DNA from: a candidate division WWE3 bacterium | GTDB taxonomy: Bacteria; Patescibacteriota; WWE3; 2-01-FULL-39-13 | Reading direction: 5' to 3' | Assembly (NCBI GenBank): GCA_943354835.1 | Contig: CALRDH010000001.1 | Coordinates: 46,460 to 110,459 of the forward strand | Length of the DNA stretch: 64,000 nt | Part shown: positions 1 through 9,417 of the stretch, piece by piece | Layout of the letters: each line of letters opens with the position of its first letter | How positions within the stretch are numbered: the stretch's first letter is position 1 | Notes under the pieces: model-generated | Database searches by the model: none | What the model was told of the DNA's origin: nothing | The model's input: the letters and a program-made list of their open reading frames with translations, nothing else | Program-made: the position numbers and the translations under genes

Positions 1-169
1 CTGTAAATGAAAGAACCCATCCACGACCGGTATTATCGTGTATATCGCCGACTTCCTCTAAAGTCTCTTTAATTCCTTGGCCAATTAACCAATTAAATGA
101 ATTAAGTTGAACCTCTATTGGATTCGGCAGTGGGAATTCTATGTTTTGTTTTGAGAAAGCAATTCTCAT
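1..169 (-). CDS. rpoB: DNA-directed RNA polymerase beta subunit, N-terminal fragment; the gene continues beyond the window start
   Basis: Reverse-complement translation from the ATG at 169 reads MRIAFSKQNIEFPLPNPIEVQLNSFNWLIGQGIKETLEEVGDIHDNTGRGWVLSFT. This matches the conserved RpoB N-terminal pattern (LELPNLIEIQ..SF.WF...GL.E.F..I.D.TG...L.F). Confidence 0.65.
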   Translation of the reverse strand, partial: MRIAFSKQNIEFPLPNPIEVQLNSFNWLIGQGIKETLEEVGDIHDNTGRGWVLSFT

Positions 170-325
170 TAAAGTATTTTTCCTTAATAAATTCGAAAGC
201 TCAATCTACGCGAGTGCAAATATAACAAACAGGCTGTCTTAGTGTCAATACACAAAATACACAACTTTTTTGGCTATGCGAATGATTCTACCCTATCATA
301 ATCGCAAGAGCAAGCAACAGAAATT

Positions 326-1441
326 TCAACTTAGGCCGAGTACTAATCCTAAAAGTCCAAGTATCATACTAATTATCCAAAATCTTGCTGTTACTTTTGT
401 TTCTGGCCAGCCAAGTTTCTCAAAATGATGATGAATTGGAGCTACTAAAAACAACCTTTTTTTGAATAGTTTTACAGCCCATTGTTGAGAAACACTTGAA
501 AGTATTTCTATAACGAAGATCCCTCCAATTAGTAAAAGCGTTGCTTCCCTATGAATTAACGAAGCAATCAAAACCATAACCATGCCAATTGGTAAGGTTC
601 CGACATCAGACATTTCAAATCTTGCAGGGTTAATATTGAAGTATAAAAAGGCTAGTTCTGTTCCAAGTAGTATGAAAGATAATGTAGCCACTTCGGAATA
701 TCCAAGGTAACTTGCTAAAATTCCGTAACACAAAAATGCAACAGAATGAGTTCCGGCCGAAAGGCCATCCATGCCGTCAGTTATCCCTAGTGCTGTTCCG
801 AATCCGAATAGCAAGAATGCTAAAAGGACATAATAAAAATAGCCTAATTCAAAAGAGCCCAAAAACGGTATATAAAGTGAAGTAATATGTCCATTTTGTT
901 CCATATAGATAATCGGAATTATGGCGACAGACAAATACATTAAAAACTTAAAGTGATTTTTTAAACCGCGCTGTTCTCCACCCATAATTCGCAAAGTTTC
1001 TTCAAAAAGTTTCCAAGGAACAAGCAATGTCTTTTTTATATGATTTAATATTCCCCTTGTTGGGAAAAAGCTTTTCATAACTTTGTCGGTACTTTGACTT
1101 ATTCTTAATGCCAAAATCGTTCTACCCAAAGTATTTACATATTCATCAATCCCGCCAAAAATCGCCCCAAAAATTAAGACGAGAATGATCATTGGCAAAT
1201 AATTCCAATCATTTAGAAGAAAAAGCGACATGACAATTGTTGAAAAAATGATAACAAATCCTCCCATAATCGGAGTTCCCATTTTAATTGTTCGACCCGG
1301 AAGCAACTTTTCTAAATCAAGCTTAGAAACACGTCTAATATTAAACTTGTACAAAAGACTTATAAATGGAAGAGTAACTGCAAAACTCAAAAAAAACGAA
1401 GCCAAAATAGTTAAAACATAATCAATCATTTGGAACTCCAC
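326..1441 (-). CDS. mraY: phospho-N-acetylmuramoyl-pentapeptide transferase
   Basis: Polytopic membrane protein carrying the TDGMDGL and PIHHHFE motifs typical of MraY/GT4-family translocases. It sits beside other peptidoglycan genes. Confidence 0.85.
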   Translation of the reverse strand: MEFQMIDYVLTILASFFLSFAVTLPFISLLYKFNIRRVSKLDLEKLLPGRTIKMGTPIMGGFVIIFSTIVMSLFLLNDWNYLPMIILVLIFGAIFGGIDEYVNTLGRTILALRISQSTDKVMKSFFPTRGILNHIKKTLLVPWKLFEETLRIMGGEQRGLKNHFKFLMYLSVAIIPIIYMEQNGHITSLYIPFLGSFELGYFYYVLLAFLLFGFGTALGITDGMDGLSAGTHSVAFLCYGILASYLGYSEVATLSFILLGTELAFLYFNINPARFEMSDVGTLPIGMVMVLIASLIHREATLLLIGGIFVIEILSSVSQQWAVKLFKKRLFLVAPIHHHFEKLGWPETKVTARFWIISMILGLLGLVLGLS

Positions 1442-1527
1442 CTTTCATCCTGACGAACTAATAGACTTTGGGCGATATATATCAATGATATCACTACAAC
1501 GAATTATATACTGCATAATGCATTGTA

Positions 1528-2670
1528 GTGTATATTTGTGGCATGAATGAAAAAGCTTCAACCTGGGTCGAAATTAATAAAAATGCCGTAAGTCAAAATA
1601 TTAAGGTAATAAGAACAATTCTGAAAACAAATGTTATGTTGACTACGGTAGTGAAAGCAAACGGTTACGGACACGGAGCTATTGAGATTTCAAGAATCGC
1701 ACTAGAAAACGGCACAGATAGATTAGCTGTTGCACGCGTTGAGGAAGGGATCGAACTTAGGAAAGCAAGCATTAATGCACCAATCTTGATATTGTCAGCA
1801 ATACCTTTCGACGCTATTTCTGATGCAATCGAAAATACTCTAATATTTAGCGTAGCTAGTTTAGAATTTGCAAAGGAAATTTCCCGAGTCGCAAAAGAAA
1901 AAAATAAAATCGCAACCGTTCACATAAAAATTGATAGCGGAATGAGACGATACGGAGCACTAGAAAGCGAGTCAGTCCAATTAGTTAAAGAATTGGCATT
2001 GTTACCAAACATAAATATCGAAGGCATTTTTACACACTTTGCTTCTGCAGATGAAAATGACTTAAGCTTTACTCACGAACAAGCCACAAAATTTGAATCT
2101 ATAATAAATAATTTAAGCAAAGAAGGAGTAAACATCCCAATAGTTCATACCTCAAACAGCGCTGCTACTCTGCAATTGCAACAATATCATTACAATATGG
2201 TGCGAGTTGGCCTTGCAACTTATGGCATATCACCCATTTCAGATTTACCGATAGGTATTTCTTTACAGCCAGCATTGTCCTTTAAAAGCAGAATTGGATT
2301 GATAAAGGAAATTGAAGCTAGAGATACCATTGGATATGGCAGAACTTTTAAGACCAATAAAAAAATTAAAGTAGCCTTAATAATGTGCGGGTACGCAGAC
2401 GGACTACCCCGTTCGTTATCCAATAAAGGTCTTGTACTTATAAATGGCAAACGATGCAAAATATGTGGAAGAGTAAGCATGGACCAGACAGTTGTAGATA
2501 TATCAAGTGTCCAAGAAGTAAAAATCGGAGACGAAGTTGTCCTAATAGGCACACAAGGACATGAGACTATAACTGCAGAAGAAATTGCAAAATTGGCAGA
2601 AACAATTCCATATGAAATCCTAACTGGCATAAATCAATTAAATTCCAGAGTTCCAAAATTTTATTACTGA
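1528..2670 (+). CDS. alr: alanine racemase
   Basis: Has the VVKANGYGHG PLP-lysine motif of alanine racemase. It lies directly upstream of ddl. The true start may be the internal MNEKAS at about 1543. Confidence 0.85.
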   Translation: MYICGMNEKASTWVEINKNAVSQNIKVIRTILKTNVMLTTVVKANGYGHGAIEISRIALENGTDRLAVARVEEGIELRKASINAPILILSAIPFDAISDAIENTLIFSVASLEFAKEISRVAKEKNKIATVHIKIDSGMRRYGALESESVQLVKELALLPNINIEGIFTHFASADENDLSFTHEQATKFESIINNLSKEGVNIPIVHTSNSAATLQLQQYHYNMVRVGLATYGISPISDLPIGISLQPALSFKSRIGLIKEIEARDTIGYGRTFKTNKKIKVALIMCGYADGLPRSLSNKGLVLINGKRCKICGRVSMDQTVVDISSVQEVKIGDEVVLIGTQGHETITAEEIAKLAETIPYEILTGINQLNSRVPKFYY

Positions 2671-2683
2671 TATAATTCACACT

Positions 2684-3877
2684 ATGGAAAAACAAAAAAT
2701 CGCAGTTATCTTTGGGGGCAAGTCTACAGAACATGAAGTATCGGTAATTACAGGGCTTCAAGTTTTTAAAAATATCGACACAGATAAATATGATCCAATT
2801 GCAATTTATATTTCAAAATCTGGAACTTGGCATATTGGCGACGAATTAAAAAATCCAGATACGTATAAACAATTAGAAACCATCCCCTCGAAAACAAGCG
2901 AAGTTATCCTTTCTCAAAATCCGCAAAAGAAAGAATTATCATTTGTAAACAAAAGCGAATCATTTTTATCATTCGGAAAACAAAACCCAATTAAAATAGA
3001 TGCAATTTTCCCTTGCCTGCACGGAGGCCTTGGAGAAAACGGTGGACTTCAAGGATTATTCGAGTTATCAGAAATCCCATATATCGGATCTGGCATATTA
3101 AGTTCCGCAACCGGAATGGACAAAATAATTATGAAAGGACTTTTCATACAAAATGACATACCGGTCGCAAAATTTCATTCATTTTATAGAACTAATTGGG
3201 GAAAAAATAGCCCTGATGTAATTTCTGATATCGAATCAAAACTTAATTACCCAATGTTCGTTAAACCTGCCAATTCAGGATCAAGCATCGGCATAAGTAA
3301 AGTTAATAATCAAAAAGAATTAACAAATGGGATTGAAGTAGCAGCAGCATTTGATAGAAAAATCATAATTGAGGAAGGTTTCGAATTCACAAAAGAAATT
3401 AATGTCTCCATAATAGGAAATAGCGATTCAGATGTAATGACTTCAGCATGTGAAGAAGTCTATTCATCAAACGCATTTCTCAATTACGACGATAAATATA
3501 AAGGAAATTCAAAATCTGAAGGAATGGCTTCAACAAAAAGGCAAATCCCAGCTGAAATATCAAAAAAGCTAGAAAATGAAATAAAGGAAACCGCAATCAA
3601 AACCTTTAAATGCCTTGATTGCTCCGGTCTTGCCCGTATAGACTTTTTAGTTGACGACGAAAAAGGAAAATTTATAGTGGTTGAAATCAATACTCTTCCA
3701 GGAAGCATCTCGTTCTATCTGTGGGAAAAGAGTAATTTGAAATTTAAAGAGCTTACTACAAAGCTAATAGAATTAGCATTTGAAAAATTTCAAGACAATA
3801 AAAATACTATAGTTAACTTTTCAAGTAATATCTTAGAAAATTTTGGATCTGGGACAAAAGGATCAAAATCAAATTAA
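2684..3877 (+). CDS. ddl: D-alanine--D-alanine ligase
   Basis: N-terminal IAVIFGGKSTEHEVSVITG motif followed by an ATP-grasp C-terminal half (EINTLPG). Confidence 0.85.
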   Translation: MEKQKIAVIFGGKSTEHEVSVITGLQVFKNIDTDKYDPIAIYISKSGTWHIGDELKNPDTYKQLETIPSKTSEVILSQNPQKKELSFVNKSESFLSFGKQNPIKIDAIFPCLHGGLGENGGLQGLFELSEIPYIGSGILSSATGMDKIIMKGLFIQNDIPVAKFHSFYRTNWGKNSPDVISDIESKLNYPMFVKPANSGSSIGISKVNNQKELTNGIEVAAAFDRKIIIEEGFEFTKEINVSIIGNSDSDVMTSACEEVYSSNAFLNYDDKYKGNSKSEGMASTKRQIPAEISKKLENEIKETAIKTFKCLDCSGLARIDFLVDDEKGKFIVVEINTLPGSISFYLWEKSNLKFKELTTKLIELAFEKFQDNKNTIVNFSSNILENFGSGTKGSKSN

Positions 3878-5268
3878 TAATTATCCGGCAAGTCATTTTC
3901 CAACAAAACGACTGGGTGATTTAAATTTAATTTTTTTACTTCCTGCCAAAGTAAATTTATTTTTTCAATATAAATCACTTTCTTTTTATTTTTAACGCCA
4001 GCTTCAATAGATATAGTTCTTTCGTTTCTGCCAACTAAAAAGATATAGTCACAAATTGAATCAGCAATTCCACCTAACTCAACGTGGGTTTCTTTTGTCT
4101 TATTTCCTAATTCAACAATCCCTGGAGTTACCAAAACTTTAGGTCTATTTTCAAATAAATTTAATGTATTTATTGCTTCTCTAAATCCAGTCGGATTACT
4201 GTTATATGCATCATCTATTATTGTTGCATCGTTTTCTTTGTTCTCACTTATTTCTAATCTATGCGCAACGGACTTCAACAAACCTATTTGCTCAACGATT
4301 TTTTCAGGCTTCACGCCAAGTAAAAATGACATGGTCGAAGCCGCAAGAATATTCGATAAATTACTATTCCCTATCAAATTAGTTTTAACCTTGTGTGCTT
4401 TTGAATCTAAAACCAAATCGAAATTGGTTACACCTTTAGACAAGGTAATATTTCTAACACTAAATTCAGAGTTTGAAAATCCATATGCGATAATTTTTCC
4501 CTGATATTTGATGTAGTTATCTTTTACAATCTCGTTATCAATATTTACGATCGAAAAACCATCTGACGGTACCGCTTCTACCAGCTCAAATTTTGCTTTT
4601 GTTGTATTTTCTATAGACCCAAACCTCTCCAAGTGTTGTTCATTGATGCCAGACAAAATTCCGAAATTTGGAGATGTCATTTCACAAAGTTCTTTTATCT
4701 CACCAATTGTATAAGCGCCCATCTCGCAAATGAAAAAATCATAATTGTCATCGAGTTCATAATCTACAACTTTAGAAATACCGAATAATGTATTGTAACT
4801 TTCAGGTGTTTTTAAAACTTTATATTGCGATTTCAAAATAAAATATAAAAATTCTTTAATGCTCGTTTTTCCATACGAACCAGTTACTCCAATTACTTTT
4901 AAATTTTTAAATGATTTAATTTTTTGTCTGGTTTTATTTTTCACCAAATACTTATTTAAAATTTCATATGGTTTAATGAGAACGATTGCCATAGATAAAT
5001 AAATGTAACTCTGTGTTGATAATAAAAACCCGAACAACAATCCATAATTGCCAAATATTTGATAAAAAATACCGGTTAAAACTAAGGCAGAGATAATGCT
5101 CACTCTTAAAATAAGCTTGGCTTTATTAGTCCAAACTAATTGTTTTTTTCCCTCTAAATCTCTTTTAAGAAAATTACTTAATATCCAAGTCCAAAATCTT
5201 GAAATCTCGTAACCTTCCAGTTGCAAAATGTTTAAATGAATTTTATATGGAAATATTTTTTCAATCAT
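3874..5268 (-). CDS. murF: UDP-MurNAc-tripeptide--D-alanyl-D-alanine ligase with an atypical hydrophobic N-terminus
   Basis: Mur ligase P-loop GVTGSYGKTS, then DFFICEMGA and DAYNSNP. It ends the mur cluster next to ddl. The first ~110 aa contain two predicted transmembrane helices in place of the usual MurF domain 1. Confidence 0.7.
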   Translation of the reverse strand: MIEKIFPYKIHLNILQLEGYEISRFWTWILSNFLKRDLEGKKQLVWTNKAKLILRVSIISALVLTGIFYQIFGNYGLLFGFLLSTQSYIYLSMAIVLIKPYEILNKYLVKNKTRQKIKSFKNLKVIGVTGSYGKTSIKEFLYFILKSQYKVLKTPESYNTLFGISKVVDYELDDNYDFFICEMGAYTIGEIKELCEMTSPNFGILSGINEQHLERFGSIENTTKAKFELVEAVPSDGFSIVNIDNEIVKDNYIKYQGKIIAYGFSNSEFSVRNITLSKGVTNFDLVLDSKAHKVKTNLIGNSNLSNILAASTMSFLLGVKPEKIVEQIGLLKSVAHRLEISENKENDATIIDDAYNSNPTGFREAINTLNLFENRPKVLVTPGIVELGNKTKETHVELGGIADSICDYIFLVGRNERTISIEAGVKNKKKVIYIEKINLLWQEVKKLNLNHPVVLLENDLPDNY

Positions 5269-5978
5269 AAATATTCATTCAAAATATCTAAAAATACTTT
5301 TGGTTTTTCGATATGTGGACTGTGATTTGCGCCCCAAACAATTCTTACAGTTGAATTTGGGATTTGCTTCTTGAAAACCTTTGTCTGACTTACATCTAAA
5401 ACGCTGTCTTTATCTCCCCATGTAATTATAGTTGGCGTTTTTATTTTATTAAAAAGAAATGTTAAGTCTTGATTAACAACTTTTACAAATGTTTCTTTTA
5501 ATTTACCGGATGATTTATAGTCTGCACTTCCTAGTTTCATTTTTATTTTTTCAGGAATAAATTTCTTAATTGGATTTAAGAGTGAATTAGCTAAACGAAC
5601 ATATAAAGATTTATTTTCAATTCCTGCACTGTCGACCAAAACAAGTTTATTTATACCTTTTATTTTACTAGCAAGAATTATTCCTAACCTTCCACCAAAT
5701 GAATGACCAATCAGTGAATATTTATTTATATCAAGTTTTTTTAAAAAGTTTTCGACAAAATCTGCATATTCATATGTATCATATGGTCTCTCTGGTAATT
5801 GTGTTCCACCAAATCCAGGAAGGTCCAATAAAATAACTCTATATCGAGTCGAAAGATTTTGCGCCACAGGAACCCATTCGTTTAAGGATCTACCCCATCC
5901 ATGAAGAATTATTAAAACATTATCTCCATGACCGAACTCTTCATAATTTGTAAGTATTCTATCTACTACAATCTGCAT
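5265..5978 (-). CDS. alpha/beta-fold hydrolase
   Basis: HGWG oxyanion motif and GHSFGG nucleophile elbow. Overlaps murF by 4 bp, so likely translationally coupled. Confidence 0.6.
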   Translation of the reverse strand: MQIVVDRILTNYEEFGHGDNVLIILHGWGRSLNEWVPVAQNLSTRYRVILLDLPGFGGTQLPERPYDTYEYADFVENFLKKLDINKYSLIGHSFGGRLGIILASKIKGINKLVLVDSAGIENKSLYVRLANSLLNPIKKFIPEKIKMKLGSADYKSSGKLKETFVKVVNQDLTFLFNKIKTPTIITWGDKDSVLDVSQTKVFKKQIPNSTVRIVWGANHSPHIEKPKVFLDILNEYL

Positions 5979-5987
5979 ATCTAAATT

Positions 5988-6404
5988 TCAACTATCTACT
6001 ACCTTCAACCATTTTATTTTTTTAAAGTCGCTATCGAATGTTGCGATTTTTTTGATACCTAACTTTTTACAATAGTATGCATGATATGCATCGAATGTTT
6101 TAAGATTGTATTTTTTGGCCAAGCCAAGGATATCAATCACGTCGGTTGAGACCAATTCTAAATCAATCAATGCTATCCGTTTCATTTTCAAAATATCTTT
6201 ACAAAGCCTGAGTGCGACCTCTTGACCATCTTTCCTTAAGAAAAAGTAGTGTAACTCATTTAGTATATACGGAGTAATAATCCCGATTTCATTTCTATTA
6301 CTGAATTCATGAACTAAATTACAAGCCTGTTCATAAAACTCGGCGTTACTTTTGAGCATGTTTATAAAGATATTTGAATCTACAAATATCCTGCTTTCAT
6401 TCAT
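5988..6404 (-). CDS. vapC: PIN-domain ribonuclease toxin (VapC-like)
   Basis: N-terminal IFVDSNIFI motif with an acidic residue, and PIN-domain size. Overlaps the upstream small antitoxin-like ORF by 8 bp. Confidence 0.65.
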   Translation of the reverse strand: MNESRIFVDSNIFINMLKSNAEFYEQACNLVHEFSNRNEIGIITPYILNELHYFFLRKDGQEVALRLCKDILKMKRIALIDLELVSTDVIDILGLAKKYNLKTFDAYHAYYCKKLGIKKIATFDSDFKKIKWLKVVDS

Positions 6405-6714
6405 AAATGCCCTCTAGAAATTCCTCAAGCTCTTCTATAGACATTGCTTTACCTTTAAATCCATATTTTTTTTGAAGATCGCGAAGTTCATTTCCCCAAG
6501 TGTCCTTTTCGGTCACAGCATTTTTTTCCTTTTTCACAAAAGTAATAGACTCCCCTTCATAAGAAACATTCAAAGTGTCTCCTATTTCGAAAGGAAATTC
6601 AGCAGGAATTGTTACAACTTTGCTGTTTCCGCTTTTATAAATAGTTAATGGTTCATCGTGGACATAAAAACCATTGGCGTCTTTTAAATTTTTCTTTTTA
6701 GGGTTTTTTGTCAT
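6397..6714 (-). CDS. vapB: AbrB/MazE-type (swapped-hairpin) antitoxin, VapB-like
   Basis: 105 aa with a KVVTIPAEF core. It lies immediately upstream of the PIN gene, overlapping it, and overlaps the murE stop by 4 bp. Confidence 0.5.
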   Translation of the reverse strand: MTKNPKKKNLKDANGFYVHDEPLTIYKSGNSKVVTIPAEFPFEIGDTLNVSYEGESITFVKKEKNAVTEKDTWGNELRDLQKKYGFKGKAMSIEELEEFLEGIYE

Positions 6715-8150
6715 GACAAAAGCTTATCATCGTCATTACGCATACTCAAGAAAAAACTTTCGGCTTCTTTTATATCAGACCAAGGATATTCTGTGCCACC
6801 GATGTTAATAGATTCCTCATGACCTTTTCCTAAAATCAAAACCCAGTCACCTTTTTGCGCCATGCCAATACCTTTAAATATTGCACTATGCCTATCAGGT
6901 TCAACAATGAAATTGTAATCAGGATTCCCAGAAACAATTTGCTTTATAATTTCGTTAACATCTTCAGAACGCGGATCTTCTGCGGTTAAAATTACGGTAT
7001 CCGAAAACTCCGATGCGGTCTTTCCCATGTTTGGCCTTTTATAAAAATCTCTTTCCCCTGCACATCCAAAAACAGTAATCAATTTTTCGTTTGGCTTTTT
7101 CATTTTCAAAACAGCAGACAAAACTTTTCGCATTGCATTTTCTGTATGAGCAAAATCAACAATTGCATTTATGCCTGCTGAATTTTTAATTCGTTGAAAA
7201 CGCCCCTTTGGAGGAGTCGCATTTGAAACAGCCTTAATCGCGATGTCATTATCAACTCCAAGCTTCTTTGAAATCTCTATTGCTAAAGATGCATTTTGTA
7301 AATTATATTCACCAGGAAAAATTTCGCTGAAGGAATCTGTAAGCGACGAAATAAATTTATCATCAGGATTGCTATAAACTATTTCTTTCTTTGCATACTT
7401 TGAAATTTCTGGAATTCCGGTTCCAACTTTATTCAAAACAATGTTTTCAGAAACATCAAAAAGCAAAGACTTATCTTTTATCAATTGTTCATAACTTCCA
7501 TGTGCATCTAAATGCTCTGGAGTAACATTTGTGACTCCACAAACATCAAAGCGAATTCCGAAAAATCTTTTTTGAACTAAAGCATGAGAAGTAACTTCCA
7601 AAACAACATACTCAACCCCAGCGTCAGCCATATCGGAAAGTAGTTTAAATAAAACATCAGGATCAGGCGAAGTTGTATGAAGCCCAGTTGAAACATCTGT
7701 GTCTCCATACTTTGCAGAAACAGTTGAGACTATGCCAACTTTTTTACCATCACTTTTTAGAATTTCATAAACGAAATTAGAAGTTGTTGTTTTTCCGTCA
7801 GTTCCAGTGATGCCTATAAACTTTAATTTATCTTGCGGATTATTATATTTTTGAGCTGAAAGAATCGCCCATTCTTCACGAGAACTATCGACTTTAATAA
7901 GGGTAGCCCCTTTCACGAAAGGGTAGCCCTCATCGTAAACTATGACGCTCGCGCCATTTTCAACTGCCTGATTTATATAATCATGGCCATCAACCTTGAC
8001 GCCTTTGTATGCAATAAACAAATCTCCTTTTTGAACCTTTCTTGAATCAGTTCTTATTTCGTTAACTTCATATGAATTTCCATTTATATCAATTTTCATT
8101 TTTAAGCTTTTCAAAAAAATCCTTAAACTTATCTCCACGGTCAAACTCAT
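6711..8150 (-). CDS. murE: UDP-MurNAc-L-Ala-D-Glu--2,6-diaminopimelate (or L-Lys) ligase
   Basis: Mur ligase P-loop IGITGTDGKTTT. The longest ORF overlaps murD by 62 bp, so the real start is probably the internal ATG at 8099 (MKIDING). Confidence 0.8.
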   Translation of the reverse strand: MSLTVEISLRIFLKSLKMKIDINGNSYEVNEIRTDSRKVQKGDLFIAYKGVKVDGHDYINQAVENGASVIVYDEGYPFVKGATLIKVDSSREEWAILSAQKYNNPQDKLKFIGITGTDGKTTTSNFVYEILKSDGKKVGIVSTVSAKYGDTDVSTGLHTTSPDPDVLFKLLSDMADAGVEYVVLEVTSHALVQKRFFGIRFDVCGVTNVTPEHLDAHGSYEQLIKDKSLLFDVSENIVLNKVGTGIPEISKYAKKEIVYSNPDDKFISSLTDSFSEIFPGEYNLQNASLAIEISKKLGVDNDIAIKAVSNATPPKGRFQRIKNSAGINAIVDFAHTENAMRKVLSAVLKMKKPNEKLITVFGCAGERDFYKRPNMGKTASEFSDTVILTAEDPRSEDVNEIIKQIVSGNPDYNFIVEPDRHSAIFKGIGMAQKGDWVLILGKGHEESINIGGTEYPWSDIKEAESFFLSMRNDDDKLLS

Positions 8151-9414
8151 TTAAAAACATTCCAAAACTTGCAGTTCCCGGAGAAAGCAAAACAATACCA
8201 TTTTTATTTTTTGCGATATTAAAAGCACAAGAAATAGCTACTTCAAAATTATCGTAAACCTTATTTGAATCAAGACCCAAACTAATATAAATATCAGTTG
8301 CCGTGCCTTTTAAAAGGACGTAATCGACTTTAGTTTCTAGTACATAATTAACCAAGCCAGAATAATCTAACTTTTTATCTGCTCCTCCTAAAATCACAAC
8401 TGGGTTTCTGTCTAAATAAGTTTTAATGCCAGAGATGGCGGCGACCGGAGCGGTCGCCGCTGTATCATTAACAAACAAAACACCTTTAATTTCACTAAGC
8501 TCTTCCCCCCTATAAGGAACTCCTTTAAAATTCAAAATCGCATCTTTAGTTTTTTGCAAATCTAAATTCAAAGCTTTTGAAATCTCAAAACATAACGCCA
8601 TATTTCTAACGTTATGCTCGCCTTTTAGAATTGAGCCAGAAAAATCATATCCTCCGCTTATCACATCAATCAAAATATTTTTTGATTTAGAAATCTGCAA
8701 ATAATCATTTGTAAACTCACCATCCTTAATAGTTACAAAAAAATCTTCAGATTTTTGATATTTAAATATTGAGGCCTTTGACATTGCATAATCTTTATAC
8801 GACGCATATCTATTCAAATGATCATGTGAAATATTTGTAATAACTCCAACATGTGGAGAAACTTGATTCTCATCTAAGCCTTCACAATCCCAGCTTGAAA
8901 CTTCCAAAACAACCCAATCATCTTCATTAACTTTTGAAACTAAATCCATTGCCGAATTTCCAGGAGTTCCAGCCTGGTAAACATTTAGACCTTGCGATCT
9001 AATAATTTCCGTTAATAAAGTTGATGTTGTAGTTTTTCCTTTTGTTCCAGTTACACCGATAACATTTTTTGTTTTGGAATACTTCAAAAAGAAACCTTCA
9101 GACATTTGAATTTCAATATTATGATCTTTTATGAACTTGAAAAGTGGAACCTCTCTTGGAATTGCAGGAGATCTAAAAACAATGTCTGCATTTAAAAAAT
9201 CAGATTCTTTGTGCTCACCTAAAACATATTCAATATTAGGAAGATCTTTAATCTCGTCTAAAGATTCTTTTAAATCGGATTCGGTTTTTAAATCTGTCAC
9301 TAAAATTTTTGCGCCATTTTGCGAAAAGAACTTAACTGCAGCTGGTCCATTTCCATGAGTTCCAAAACCCCAAATAACTATTTTTTTATCTTTAAATTCA
9401 GGAAAAATATTCAT
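8089..9414 (-). CDS. murD: UDP-MurNAc-L-alanine--D-glutamate ligase
   Basis: Rossmann-like N-terminus (KIVIWGFGTHG) and Mur ligase P-loop GVTGTKGKTTT. Position in the mur cluster. Confidence 0.8.
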   Translation of the reverse strand: MNIFPEFKDKKIVIWGFGTHGNGPAAVKFFSQNGAKILVTDLKTESDLKESLDEIKDLPNIEYVLGEHKESDFLNADIVFRSPAIPREVPLFKFIKDHNIEIQMSEGFFLKYSKTKNVIGVTGTKGKTTTSTLLTEIIRSQGLNVYQAGTPGNSAMDLVSKVNEDDWVVLEVSSWDCEGLDENQVSPHVGVITNISHDHLNRYASYKDYAMSKASIFKYQKSEDFFVTIKDGEFTNDYLQISKSKNILIDVISGGYDFSGSILKGEHNVRNMALCFEISKALNLDLQKTKDAILNFKGVPYRGEELSEIKGVLFVNDTAATAPVAAISGIKTYLDRNPVVILGGADKKLDYSGLVNYVLETKVDYVLLKGTATDIYISLGLDSNKVYDNFEVAISCAFNIAKNKNGIVLLSPGTASFGMFLNEFDRGDKFKDFFEKLKNEN

Positions 9415-9417
9415 AGA

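Noticed and set aside
1-325. The gene order of rpoB immediately downstream of mraY as evidence of a rearrangement or mobile insertion
   Set aside because: Only 169 nt of rpoB are visible. Gene order in reduced genomes is often non-canonical, and no repeats or integrase are present.
2220-2761. Antisense ORFs inside alr, and similar ones inside ddl, murA, secD, comM, alaS and the 1241-aa gene (44051-47295)
   Set aside because: They lie within well-supported genes on the opposite strand or in the wrong frame, have no motifs, and their composition is typical of shadow ORFs in AT-rich DNA.
8089-8150. A 62-bp overlap between murE and murD
   Set aside because: It is most likely an artefact of taking the longest ORF. 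An internal ATG at 8099 (MKIDING) reduces the overlap to 11 bp.
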